DNA of 64,000 nt from Gammaproteobacteria bacterium (GTDB lineage Bacteria > Pseudomonadota > Gammaproteobacteria > Arenicellales > Arenicellaceae): contig JAKVBA010000002.1 in the NCBI GenBank assembly GCA_022447525.1, positions 8,411 through 72,410 of the forward strand, given 5' to 3'. Positions 49,751-59,358 of this stretch are shown here, piece by piece. Each line of letters begins with the position of its first letter. The first letter of the stretch is position 1. Under the pieces are notes generated by a model. It did no database searches, had not been told where the DNA came from, and worked only from the letters and a program-made list of their open reading frames with translations. A program made the position numbers and the translations under genes.

Positions 49751-50491
49751 TCAGTCGATAGCAAACTCGCGGAAGGCATCAGTAATCCAACACCTGTAGG
49801 CCACGACCAAAGTTGTTCCTTTTCGCTCACGGTTGCCGGGAGTAAAATGTCTATCCTCGTAGGTAAGTTTGTCGTAGAGATCAACTAATTCATGACATTT
49901 TCGGTCGAGCTTGACTCTGGATTCGTCGGTCAAGTCTCCGAAACGTATCTCTCGTAAAGAATCTGGCTGAGTAAAGTCACTGTCGAAGAAATGAGGCAAG
50001 AAATATTGGGAAAAGAATACTGATAGTGGGCCGTCTGGTAACCAGCGAAAATTATTGGAAATTAGCGGCCTAATTTTTTGATTTCGACGTATTTCTAAAA
50101 TTCCAAAATTTTCCAAAATCTCCGCCTTCTCCATCACTTCTTCACGAGAAAGATTATAGCGATGTAGAATATCCTCTACTGACCAAAAATTGATTGCCGC
50201 GTAAGCCACCATTAGTAATTTCTGGTCTTTTACTAGACGGGCCTCCTGGCTCACGGTCAGTTTATCAATCATATTTTGTTGGTGGTTAACGTTTTCCACC
50301 ATCTCCAACAGATCGACGTCCAACACTTCGAATATTTGGTCTAGCCTGTCCAACGAGAAGTTGCCTTTGGCAAACATCTTTTTGATCGCAGACTCAGATA
50401 CGCCAACTTTGTTTGCCAGCATTGAGTAATTGATTCCTTGACGTTTGAGCTCTCGTTTTATGTTTTTTATGAGTTGTTGAGTGGTGGCCAT
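49751..50491 (-). CDS. XRE-family helix-turn-helix transcriptional regulator with a ~180-aa uncharacterised C-terminal domain
   Basis: 246 aa. N-terminal HTH (INYSMLANKVGVSESAIKKMFAKGNFSLDRLDQIFEVL). Confidence 0.75.
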   Translation of the reverse strand: MATTQQLIKNIKRELKRQGINYSMLANKVGVSESAIKKMFAKGNFSLDRLDQIFEVLDVDLLEMVENVNHQQNMIDKLTVSQEARLVKDQKLLMVAYAAINFWSVEDILHRYNLSREEVMEKAEILENFGILEIRRNQKIRPLISNNFRWLPDGPLSVFFSQYFLPHFFDSDFTQPDSLREIRFGDLTDESRVKLDRKCHELVDLYDKLTYEDRHFTPGNRERKGTTLVVAYRCWITDAFREFAID

Positions 50492-50756
50492 TGATTTTTC
50501 CCTATCTTGTGTAAGCCATTGTTAATGATGTATTGCGGTTATTGATTAGTCATTTGAGGCAAAAATTCCCCTAAAACGATGACCCTTACTAATCTTAGAC
50601 CTTTTATTTAGGGATCTCCTCACAGATTTTCCGAGTCAACGTTATTATATTTTCGCTAAAATTTAAATAGAAACGGTGGCAACATTTAGAAGTATGAAAA
50701 TGGTTGTCGGCTATTCTCCAAGACCAAGATCCGGGGCTGTTCTCTGATCTAAAGCA

Positions 50757-50794
50757 AATCTGGGCGTTACTGCATAGGCGCCGAGATTATTTTT
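50757..50794 (+). terminator. Terminator-like hairpin inside the 1.1-kb ORF-free region
   Basis: AATCTGGGCG (50757-50766) pairs with CGCCGAGATT (50779-50788), 9 of 10 bp, around a 12-nt loop, followed by ATTTTTA. It lies 9 nt after the stop of a 17-codon mini-ORF (50694-50747). Confidence 0.35.
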
Positions 50795-51580
50795 ACTACA
50801 AAGTGAGTAAGGTAGTTTGCCCGGACGCTCAAGCGGGCGAATCACGAGTATGGAGCAGTGGAAGCACTTGCTGGTTACGTCTTGAATTACAGTAAATCCT
50901 AATCGGTTCGTGCTAATTTGTATTGTCGGCAACACAGCAGATCAGCAAGCAATTTCAGTCTAAGAGTTTTTTTTCGCATTTTTATTAATGTCTGGATTAC
51001 GGTCTCATCCCAATATCGGTACGGGGTGGATCGATGTCGAAGTAGCCACAAAACCTAAAACAGCCCAAATTTTAGTGACTATGCTAGCAGTATCAAACTA
51101 GAGGGTTCTCTCCCATACCGACATACGACTGATTTTGTTGATCTTGCGTCGAAATTTAGCTTTAAAAGCTGAGTTGATGTGTGCTGAAATCCAAAGTCAT
51201 GGAAGTAGTATTAAGCTTGGGAGCCAAGGGCTTAACCTTGTCAATGATTGTAATTGACTAACTATTCGTTAGGACAAGTGAAGACTTTAAGCACGAGAAA
51301 CTGATGGTGATGAGTTAATCATAGGCTATGACGATATATTTAACGACATCAAAATTGAGGGCTAAACTTAGATATGTGTGCCATTAAGGTAATCCATGTC
51401 TTGGATAAACAAGTAACTTACCAGCTATGCGTCCCGCTATACCAAATTTGCCAGATGTAGATTCTCGGATTTTGCGTAATACTCGAATAATATTGCCCAA
51501 CTCATATGAGGGCTATGACCAATTGGATGATTATCTAACTATCTATCAGTCTAATTGAGTTCGCATGTTAAGGTTGAAGA

Positions 51581-53074
51581 ATGAAAGTGAAAAATATTAC
51601 GGTTTTATTGCTCATTATTTTCGGCTCAGTTGTGCTTTGGTTTTTGCGCCCAGTGGATATTGAGCAGCATTATCGCGTTTGGTCGTTGTTTCCGGCAGTA
51701 GTTACGATAGTGTTTTGTTTTGTTACTCGCAATGTGATTTTTGCTCTCTTTTTGGGTGTGCTTACGGGCGGCCTGGTATCTGGGCAATTAAATCTTATCG
51801 ATGCCTTTCTGGTACCTAGTTTAGGGAGTGAGAGTTATGCTCAGATGCTGCTGGTATATCTTTGGGCTCTCGGTAGCCTGTTAGGGTTGTGGAACCGCAA
51901 TGGTGGAGCTCGTTACTTTGCAGAGACCTTGGCCAAAAGATTTGTGAACTCGCGTACCTCTGCTATGGTTTTTACTTGGTTTTTGGGAGTCGTATTTCAT
52001 CAAGGTGGCACAATCAGCACGGTGCTTACTGGTACTACAGTGAAACCTATGTCCGACCGTCATGGTGTTGCTCATGAAGAGTTGTCATATATAGTAGACT
52101 CAACCGCCTCGCCAGTGGCCACCATTATTCCTTTTAATGTGTGGCCTGTTTATGTGGCAGGACTAATCGCTATTGAACCCCTGAGCAAAATTGTTGCCAA
52201 CCAAGAACAAGCCATTTCACTATTTTTTGCTGCAATTCCGTTTAATTTTTACGCTCTGCTATCCGTGACCATGACGCTTTTATTCGCTCTTGGTTTGCTT
52301 CCTTTATTTAATACTCCAATGGCAAAAGTGGCTGAGCGGCTAAGACTAACTGGAGAGCTGGATGGGCCTAAGGCACAACCTGTGGCTAGTTCTGAATTAA
52401 CGGAAGTGAAAGTTGACCCAAGCTATAAGGCTGGTTTTACTGACTTTTTGGCTCCAATAACAACTCTTTTTGCATTTTGTGTTGTGCCGCTCGTCATTGG
52501 TCAAAGTCCACTGGTTTTCGAGGGGTTTGGTATGGCGGTGGTCGTAGCGTTTTGTCTTAGCTTGGCTAAAGGCATGACGCTCCATGTTGCTTTTGAGGCA
52601 ATGATTTCTGGGATCAAAGGCGTCACTATCGGTGCATTGGTACTCGGTTTGGCGGTGACACTTGCGAACGTGTCTCAACAATTAGGGACGGCTGACTACG
52701 TAATCGATGCAACTGCTAGCGTTTTGAGTACTTGGCCAAGTCTGTTGCCAAGTTTGCTGCTACTAATTTGTATGATGGTGGCATTCTCCATCGGGTCGTC
52801 TTGGGGCACTTATGCTGTGGTTTTCCCCATCGCGCTACCATTGGCTGTGTTGTTATCAACTGACCCGACATATATATCGCTTTGTTTTGCGGCAATAATG
52901 GGAGGAGCTGTATTTGGTGACCAATGTTCTCCGATATCAGATACAACAGTACTTTCTTCTCTGGCCTGCGGCGCAGATGTGATGGACCACGTTAAAACTC
53001 AGTTACCATTCTCACTGTTCGCAGCATCTGTTTCGGCCATTTTGTATGCCGTGATTGCCAGTTGGGTACTTTAG
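51581..53074 (+). CDS. NhaC-family Na+/H+ antiporter-type transporter
   Basis: 497 aa with about 12 TM segments. NhaC-family features (FFAETLAKRF, GTTVKPMSDRHGVAHEELSYIVDSTASPVATIIPFNVW, GDQCSPISDTTVLSS). Confidence 0.85.
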   Translation: MKVKNITVLLLIIFGSVVLWFLRPVDIEQHYRVWSLFPAVVTIVFCFVTRNVIFALFLGVLTGGLVSGQLNLIDAFLVPSLGSESYAQMLLVYLWALGSLLGLWNRNGGARYFAETLAKRFVNSRTSAMVFTWFLGVVFHQGGTISTVLTGTTVKPMSDRHGVAHEELSYIVDSTASPVATIIPFNVWPVYVAGLIAIEPLSKIVANQEQAISLFFAAIPFNFYALLSVTMTLLFALGLLPLFNTPMAKVAERLRLTGELDGPKAQPVASSELTEVKVDPSYKAGFTDFLAPITTLFAFCVVPLVIGQSPLVFEGFGMAVVVAFCLSLAKGMTLHVAFEAMISGIKGVTIGALVLGLAVTLANVSQQLGTADYVIDATASVLSTWPSLLPSLLLLICMMVAFSIGSSWGTYAVVFPIALPLAVLLSTDPTYISLCFAAIMGGAVFGDQCSPISDTTVLSSLACGADVMDHVKTQLPFSLFAASVSAILYAVIASWVL

Positions 53075-53287
53075 GTTTTTATTGAAAGCTTATTAAAAAA
53101 TCAAGTTCCATGAAACCAGCAGTAGGCGCAATCACTGAGTAAATTTTCTTTTGGGAGATAGTTTTTAGCGTCTGTCTTTAAAGTTGGTATTATTTATATT
53201 ATTATATATATGTGTTTGCAGATCAGGTTCACGCTTGTGACGCATCATCTCCTCTTTCTTAGTGTGGTCATACACTCAGAAGCTATT

Positions 53288-53331
53288 GCGATACTCGGTA
53301 AATTACGATATATCGAGTATCGCTATTTTTT
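53288..53331 (+). terminator. Strong intrinsic-terminator/attenuator-like hairpin about 10 nt upstream of the glpD-like start
   Basis: GCGATACTCG (53288-53297) pairs perfectly with CGAGTATCGC (53314-53323). The stem extends to 13 bp with a 10-nt loop, followed by TATTTTTTAT. Confidence 0.5.
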
Positions 53332-53341
53332 ATCTCTTCGA

Positions 53342-54961
53342 ATGCTCATGAATCTTCGTTCCAGTAATATTCAACGACTTAAACGTCCAGATTTCGTTTA
53401 TGACGCTCTGGTTATCGGTGGTGGTATAAACGGAGCAGTATCTGCTGCTGCTTTATCAGCGAAAGGCGCTTCAGTAGCACTTATTGATCGAGGCGATTTT
53501 GCAGGTTTGACCAGCTCCAATTCTTCTAATTTGGCATGGGGTGGAATTAAATACCTAGAATCACATGAGTACTTTCTGGTAAACAACCTATGTAAGAGTC
53601 GTAATCATTTGATGCTTAGCTATCCCTCTACGGTCAAAGAAATACGGTTTTTGACTACCATAGCTCGGGGTTTTAGGTTCCCGTCATGGTTCGTTTACCT
53701 GGGTACTATTTTTTACTGGATTATTGGTCGCTTTTTCACTCAGGCGCCTGATTACATGAGCGTGGAAACGATAAAAGCGCGGGAACCTGCGATTAATACT
53801 GATAATGCCGCGGGTGGATTCGAATATTCAGATGCTTATCTCTTTGATAACGATGCTCGATTTGTTTTTAACTTTATTCGCTCGGCCATGAATCATGGTT
53901 GTGATGCGGTTAATTATGTCGAATCAACAAAGGCTGAGCGCGAAGGGGATGTATGGGTTATTCGGGCCGAAGATAAAATAACAAATGAAAAATTTGAGAT
54001 AAGATCTCGTGTGTTGATAAACGCGTGTGGACCTTACGTCGATGAGCACAATAAAATGTCCGAGCAGAAAACTGAGCACAGACATTTATTTTCCAAAGGC
54101 ATTCATTTGATAGTCGACAGGATAAGTCAAGAAAAACGCATACTTACGTTTTTTGCAAGCGATGGGCGCCTCTTTTTTGTTATCCCTATGGGCAATAAAA
54201 CCTGTGTTGGGACTACGGATACTCAAGTCGAATCGCCCGATGTTCATGTCACTGACGAAGATCGACGATTTGTACTTAATAATATTAACTCTCTACTAAG
54301 TCTTGATAAAGAAATTACCGAAGATGACGTGATAGCTGAGCGTTGTGGGGTAAGACCTTTGGCCCAAAAAGGTGATGATGGCGTTGCTGATTGGGTCAAG
54401 TTGTCGCGCAAGCATGCGATCGATGTCAACAAATCTGAACGACATCTCAGTATTTTTGGCGGCAAAACTACCGACTGTATTAACGTTGGTGATGAAATCG
54501 CCGAATTAGTTCAAGATATGGGTATCTCGCTAACTTACCCAGATTACAAATGGTACGGCGAAGACGACGATACAGTAAAAGAGAAATTCTATCATCAAGC
54601 GAAACTAATGAATCTAGATGCCTATACCGTTGAAGGTTCAACTGAGCCTTTGTCTCAGCGGCTTTGGAGGCGATACGGAGGTAGCGCCTTAGAACTCTTG
54701 GAAGATATTCGTCAAGATTCAAGTCAGTCTGATAGGCTCATGAAAGATGCAGAGTATTTGCGCTGTGAGATTGAGCACACAGCTAGATTTGAAATGGTAA
54801 CTAAGTTAGAAGACTTTCTTCGTCGTCGATCTAAGATCACGCAAGTTGTTCGCAATGAGGATATTATCGATGCTCCGGGTTTGAAAGAAGCTTGTAAAAT
54901 CTTTTTTGGAAGTGAGTGGAAAGCTAAACTACAAGAGTACAAAGACTCAATCAAAAACTAA
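53342..54961 (+). CDS. FAD-dependent glycerol-3-phosphate dehydrogenase/oxidase-like protein (GlpD family)
   Basis: The FAD motif DALVIGGGINGAVSAAALSAKG lies about 20 aa after Met45/Met47 of the ORF. GlpD-like length and C-terminal helical domain. The 44-codon in-frame upstream extension (from 53210) is hydrophobic and atypical, and it contains the hairpin. Confidence 0.82.
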   Translation: MLMNLRSSNIQRLKRPDFVYDALVIGGGINGAVSAAALSAKGASVALIDRGDFAGLTSSNSSNLAWGGIKYLESHEYFLVNNLCKSRNHLMLSYPSTVKEIRFLTTIARGFRFPSWFVYLGTIFYWIIGRFFTQAPDYMSVETIKAREPAINTDNAAGGFEYSDAYLFDNDARFVFNFIRSAMNHGCDAVNYVESTKAEREGDVWVIRAEDKITNEKFEIRSRVLINACGPYVDEHNKMSEQKTEHRHLFSKGIHLIVDRISQEKRILTFFASDGRLFFVIPMGNKTCVGTTDTQVESPDVHVTDEDRRFVLNNINSLLSLDKEITEDDVIAERCGVRPLAQKGDDGVADWVKLSRKHAIDVNKSERHLSIFGGKTTDCINVGDEIAELVQDMGISLTYPDYKWYGEDDDTVKEKFYHQAKLMNLDAYTVEGSTEPLSQRLWRRYGGSALELLEDIRQDSSQSDRLMKDAEYLRCEIEHTARFEMVTKLEDFLRRRSKITQVVRNEDIIDAPGLKEACKIFFGSEWKAKLQEYKDSIKN

Positions 54962-55355
54962 TATTATTTTTTAAAGCCTCAATTAAAAATGACTTCTTAT
55001 AATCACAGTTATTTAACAGGACTTTTGTGGTAGCGGTTTTGATGTTGATTTGTCACACTGTTATCAACCCGGATGGACTGAAGAGTAAATCCAGATGAAA
55101 GAAGAAATATGTGATAGCAAGAGCAAAGGATGCTTCAATATGCGAGACGCGAAAGGTTCTTGTTCACGTTTGTCAACATTCTTTGCGGTCATTTTTGTTT
55201 AACTCGTTAATCAGCACTAACTAACATTGAACATGATGGCTGCTCTGAGAGTGAAGACTCGGAAACGTATTGTAAGCTCGGCCAAGCTCTGATCTTACAC
55301 TCTTTTTGGGAACCCACTTGGAGAAATGTAGAGTTGAGAAACGATTGCACTAAAA

Positions 55356-56084
55356 ATGCAAAACGATACTGACTCAATTTCCTCGATCATCTTTGCTGCG
55401 TCCATACTATCGTTGATGGCCTTTTGCATTCTTGCCGATGAGCGTTTGGTCTGTTACTTTGCTTTACCTTGTATAGTAACTTTGTCTTGGAAGATGCGTA
55501 TGATTAAAAAGTATGCTGGAGAGAGTTCGTTGATTGTTTTCAGCGTTTTATTCGCTCTACTCATCAATAAACTCTATGATGATTATCTAGAACGACAAAG
55601 GGCCAACGACGCCCTGTCGAGAATTAAACAGGAAATTTGGCGTAATCAGGGAGTATTGGAAACTTGGAAGGAAGCACATCAAGAGATGCTCAAGAATATT
55701 GTGGAACTAAATCAAAGCGAAGATCTGCAGCGCAAACGTATTCTTACCGAATCTGGATTTTTGGATTTTTCAGCGATCAGTGGGCAAGATTATTTGATAA
55801 ATTCAACTCTGATTGATGCGTCTTGGCAAACAGCTTTGGGTATTGGCGCACTCAAGGAGGTTGATTACGAGAAGCTAGAGACAATCATTAGAGTCTACGA
55901 GCTGCAAGAATTAATTAATGATAAGACTATCCAGAGCATCGTCAGTTTTTATTTTCGAGTTGAGACCCATTCACCAGAGAACATTGATGATACTCTAATG
56001 CAGTTACAGTTGCGTTTTAGAGAGTTAACCGGTCAAGAGCAAGTATTGGGCGGACTTTACGCTCAAGCCTTAGAAGTACTTTAA
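55356..56084 (+). CDS. Hypothetical protein: 2-3 N-terminal TM helices plus a ~170-aa helical soluble domain
   Basis: 242-aa ORF isolated between 394-nt and 617-nt non-coding gaps. No motif recognised. Confidence 0.5.
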   Translation: MQNDTDSISSIIFAASILSLMAFCILADERLVCYFALPCIVTLSWKMRMIKKYAGESSLIVFSVLFALLINKLYDDYLERQRANDALSRIKQEIWRNQGVLETWKEAHQEMLKNIVELNQSEDLQRKRILTESGFLDFSAISGQDYLINSTLIDASWQTALGIGALKEVDYEKLETIIRVYELQELINDKTIQSIVSFYFRVETHSPENIDDTLMQLQLRFRELTGQEQVLGGLYAQALEVL

Positions 56085-56701
56085 CGATTAAAAAAGCATT
56101 ATGTTTGTAGAAATAGATCGTGGGATCTGATGTGGACCTACGTCTACTGTCTGTGGTCAAAAATTGATCTCCGTCGACTATCTTACCCATCAGGAGTGTG
56201 CGATTCTTTAGTCACTAACAATTATGTTTACTGACAAATTGGTCAGAGTGCTGCGTTAGTTCACTTGGCAGATAAGAGTTATAGAGCGGCCTACGATTTT
56301 TGATCGACGATGTCACATACACTTTTGCCTGGCATTAATCTGGGCTGGTATGGGGCTATGTTTATACGTAGTCCTCACAAGCTCATTTTGGTAAATTCAA
56401 GTGTGTCACGCAGGGGCGCATACATTCCTGATCAATATTGAGTTGTTGAGGGGCAAAAAAACGACATCGTATGGCTAATCATTCATTATCTTTGCCAATA
56501 GTAATAAATCCAATCTACAATCCTGTAGAAGGTTAAATCTGCTCGCCAGACCTTATTCACTGTTGTTTTGCACTCGCTTACATTTAACCCTCAGTGCAAC
56601 ACGCGACATTGACTTTAAAGGAAAGAGTGAGACTACTTTGGTAGTTTGTCGCGTTAAGCTAAAACATAGCTAGATGACTTAAATCATGCAGGGCTGAAAA
56701 T

Positions 56702-57565
56702 TTAGCTGAATTGAGTGTCGCTTAGCCCTATAAATCCAGTTTTGAATATAAAAAGATTGCCAGCATGACGCTCTTTCTTTTTCATCTCAGACCAAGCTGT
56801 AGTAACAAAGAGTAAACTCAGATCGTGACCGCCAAAGGCAACGCAGGTAGGCTGCGAGGTTGGTATATCAACTTCTAGGTCTTTTTCACCCGATGCTGAA
56901 TATCGAACTACTTTACTGCCTCCCCATTGTGCATTCCAAATGAATCCGTCCTTATCGACTGCGCTGCCGTCCGGAAAGCAACCGTCTTCAGTTTTAACGA
57001 TATCCCTCCTATTGCTTAATCGAGCATTATCAGTATCGAAGTCATAGGCTTGAATTGTTCTAGTCGGTGTGTCTGTGTGATAGACAGTTTTTCCATTTGG
57101 ACTCCAACATAGACTATTGGTAATGGTTAAACCGGTTATCGACTTACTAATCGTTAGATCAGCATGTAAACAGTACAGGCTACCTTTGTATGTAGCATTG
57201 CTTTGGTTTTCGACCATGGTGCCTGCCCAAAGTCGTCCTTGACGGTCAGTGCGGCCGTCGTTGAACCGTGTACCCGGATTGTCCTGTTCCAAACGTTTGA
57301 TCCAGTTTATCTTCCCGGATTGAGGTTCATAAAATGCAAAGCCGGATTCAAATGCACAGACAAGATCGGACGAATCGCTCACCGGTGCAAAGCAACACAA
57401 ACGCTCTGGAGTACTCCATGACTTTAGTGCTTTTGTTTTGGGGTCGTATTGGTATAACTTACTTTGAAGGATGTCTGTCCACCATACTTTTTGTCTGTGA
57501 TGATCCCAAATAACTCCCTCGCCCAGTTCATTTTTGACGGCTACAGTATCAATTAACTTGATCAT
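56702..57565 (-). CDS. SMP-30/gluconolactonase/LRE-family sugar lactonase (probable galactonolactonase)
   Basis: 287 aa. GEGVIWD, RFNDGRTDRQGRLWAGTM, NSLCWSPNGKTVYHTDT and PDGSAVDKDGFIWNA. It overlaps dgoA by 4 nt. Confidence 0.8.
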   Translation of the reverse strand: MIKLIDTVAVKNELGEGVIWDHHRQKVWWTDILQSKLYQYDPKTKALKSWSTPERLCCFAPVSDSSDLVCAFESGFAFYEPQSGKINWIKRLEQDNPGTRFNDGRTDRQGRLWAGTMVENQSNATYKGSLYCLHADLTISKSITGLTITNSLCWSPNGKTVYHTDTPTRTIQAYDFDTDNARLSNRRDIVKTEDGCFPDGSAVDKDGFIWNAQWGGSKVVRYSASGEKDLEVDIPTSQPTCVAFGGHDLSLLFVTTAWSEMKKKERHAGNLFIFKTGFIGLSDTQFS

Positions 57566-58203
57566 TTTTCAGATTCCAATATCTGGATGATCGAGCGAAC
57601 TATTTCATTAGTACGCTGATAAACTTCGCTTGCAGACCTGCCAGCTTTATATATTTCGCTACCTATTCCAAAACCATCAACGCCAGCAGTGAGCCACTCG
57701 GCCGCGTTATGTGCACCGACTCCGCCAACAGCCAATACTTTTGACTCCTTAGGTAAAACAGCGCGCACGGCCTTTACATGTCCAGCCCCATAAGTTCCCG
57801 CTGGAAAAAGCTTTAAGTATTTCGCTCCGGCCTGATGTGCTTCGAATGCTTCGGTAGGCGTGGCCCAGCCTGGTATTGGTTCCATGCCAAGTTCTAGACA
57901 AGCTCTGATAATGCCTCGGTTAGTATTTGGAGTCACAGCAATTTTCCCCCCCGCATCTGCAACCCGTTGAGCGTCCTCTAAATTTACTAAAGTACCACAG
58001 CCAATCACGCATTTATCACCAAACGCCTTACTGAGATTTTCGATACTTTCAAAGGGCGATGGTGAATTCAATGGAACCTCTATGATTCCGACTCCGGCTT
58101 CCATGATGGCAGCGCCAATCTCAGTCGCTTCATCGGGTGTTACGCCGCGAATGATGGCGACTACCGGAATTTCTGCCAACCAGTCGTCTATATATCTGCT
58201 CAT
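57562..58203 (-). CDS. dgoA: 2-dehydro-3-deoxy-6-phosphogalactonate aldolase
   Basis: 213 aa. VVAIIRGVTPDEATEIGAAIMEAGVGIIEVPLNSPSPFESI and the Schiff-base region YLKLFPAG. Confidence 0.82.
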   Translation of the reverse strand: MSRYIDDWLAEIPVVAIIRGVTPDEATEIGAAIMEAGVGIIEVPLNSPSPFESIENLSKAFGDKCVIGCGTLVNLEDAQRVADAGGKIAVTPNTNRGIIRACLELGMEPIPGWATPTEAFEAHQAGAKYLKLFPAGTYGAGHVKAVRAVLPKESKVLAVGGVGAHNAAEWLTAGVDGFGIGSEIYKAGRSASEVYQRTNEIVRSIIQILESEK

Positions 58204-58251
58204 TTATATTCTCCAATTTCCAATAGACGGTGAGTATACGTTGCTGTTGGT

Positions 58252-59199
58252 TTAGCTCTGGTAAATGGATCGATAAATTGTGTCAAAACCGGCGATCGCA
58301 ATTGCCGTTGGATCACAACATATTGCTGTATGCCCCATTGAATTGATCACAAGTTTGTAGTGCCCCGCTATTATAGGGTCGCCGATAACGATGACCTCAT
58401 CGATATTGTCAAACATACCTAGCGCGCCAGTAACGTCGCACCCAATAATCAAACCAGATAGATACGAAAGTCCATCCTCGGCTGATATATCGCCCAAAAC
58501 TTGCCTCGTTCGAGTTGAAAACAGCGTGTGAACCAGTTGGGTTGTTGAGCTTTTTGAGCTACTTTCGACACCCTGGAGAAATACGTTCTCATTAAAACTA
58601 AAGCTCGACTGCTCGGTAATTAAGATGCTGTGATTTCTCAACAACGCAAATAGCTCGCCCGTGAATGCGGTTAAAAATGTTGAGATCGCACCGTTTTGAG
58701 CGAGAGCCCATTTATTATGAGTGCCGGGCAAGGCAAATAAATTATGTCTCTTTATATTTTTATTGCTCTGCATCCAGCCTAAAAGTTGGAGTTCTTCCCC
58801 CCTCATCACATCGTTCACTCCTATAGGGTTGAGCGCTTTCAAGCCTGATAGTATTGAAATATCCACGCCTCGTACTTGGAAACTTATGCGGCCATCGGCA
58901 ATTTTGTCGGCGTCCACCGGGCAGTCTAAATAAGGCGCTTCTTTCCAGCCTATGGTCGATCCAACCATGCCCGAAAGCAAGACTGGCATTTTGCCGTATG
59001 TGCTTAGCCATTCTTGTGCGAGGTTAAAAAAGCGTTCTTCGAAGTCATTTGAGATCTTACTGATACCGGCGCCGTAGCGCGTTTCAAGCGCTATCGACCC
59101 ATTTGGATTGTATTCACACAGGTACAATCTGAGGTTACTGGTGCCCCAGTCCCCGGCTATGTACATTGACTTTCCTTTTGACGGTGAATCTTGGCTCAT
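58252..59199 (-). CDS. dgoK: 2-dehydro-3-deoxygalactonokinase
   Basis: 315 aa. N-terminal IAGDWGTSNLRLY, then MRGEELQLLG and LPGTHNKW, typical of DgoK. Confidence 0.82.
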   Translation of the reverse strand: MSQDSPSKGKSMYIAGDWGTSNLRLYLCEYNPNGSIALETRYGAGISKISNDFEERFFNLAQEWLSTYGKMPVLLSGMVGSTIGWKEAPYLDCPVDADKIADGRISFQVRGVDISILSGLKALNPIGVNDVMRGEELQLLGWMQSNKNIKRHNLFALPGTHNKWALAQNGAISTFLTAFTGELFALLRNHSILITEQSSFSFNENVFLQGVESSSKSSTTQLVHTLFSTRTRQVLGDISAEDGLSYLSGLIIGCDVTGALGMFDNIDEVIVIGDPIIAGHYKLVINSMGHTAICCDPTAIAIAGFDTIYRSIYQS

Positions 59200-59358
59200 A
59201 TAAATTAAACGAAACAGGTTTCTATATTGATCTTAACGTCTTCATTGATAACAAGGGTTCAGATGAGACCCTTAATTATATTATAAATAATACCACAGTG
59301 AGAGGCCTTGTTTACAAGCACGCCAGTAAACTCACAAATTAGAATAAAGGTAACGCAA

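Noticed and set aside
50704-50935. Two mutually overlapping ORFs (63 aa on +, 74 aa on -) in the ORF-free region
   Set aside because: The opposite-strand ORFs cover the same GC-richer patch. One uses a TTG start, there is no RBS, and the sequences are not protein-like. They are more likely a by-product of composition. The region is treated as non-coding or an RNA candidate instead.
50700-50960. Match of the GC-richer core to a known structured RNA (tmRNA, RNase P, 6S, SRP, TPP, cobalamin, c-di-GMP-I, guanidine, lysine riboswitches)
   Set aside because: I compared it by eye with the conserved cores I remember (e.g. GGAAAGUCC, CUGAGA...ACCUGAUCUGG, GCCACUG, ACGR loops). None is present on either strand. 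It needs cmscan to settle.
53210-53341. 44-codon N-terminal extension of the glpD-like ORF
   Set aside because: The extension (MCLQIRFTLVTHHLLFLSVVIHSEAIAILGKLRYIEYRYFLSLR) precedes the FAD-binding motif by far more than in GlpD homologues. It also spans a terminator-like hairpin. I call the start at 53342, and the alternative is kept as a finding.
49630-56700. Possible genomic island integrated at the tRNA-Glu 3' end (lower gene density, XRE regulator, orphan gene)
   Set aside because: No integrase, transposase, recombinase or phage gene is present. I could not find a direct repeat of the tRNA-Glu 3' end (…GGTTCGAATCCCCTTGGGGACGCCA) in the downstream gaps by eye. The cargo (nhaC-like, glpD-like) looks metabolic. 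The island idea is unsupported rather than disproved.
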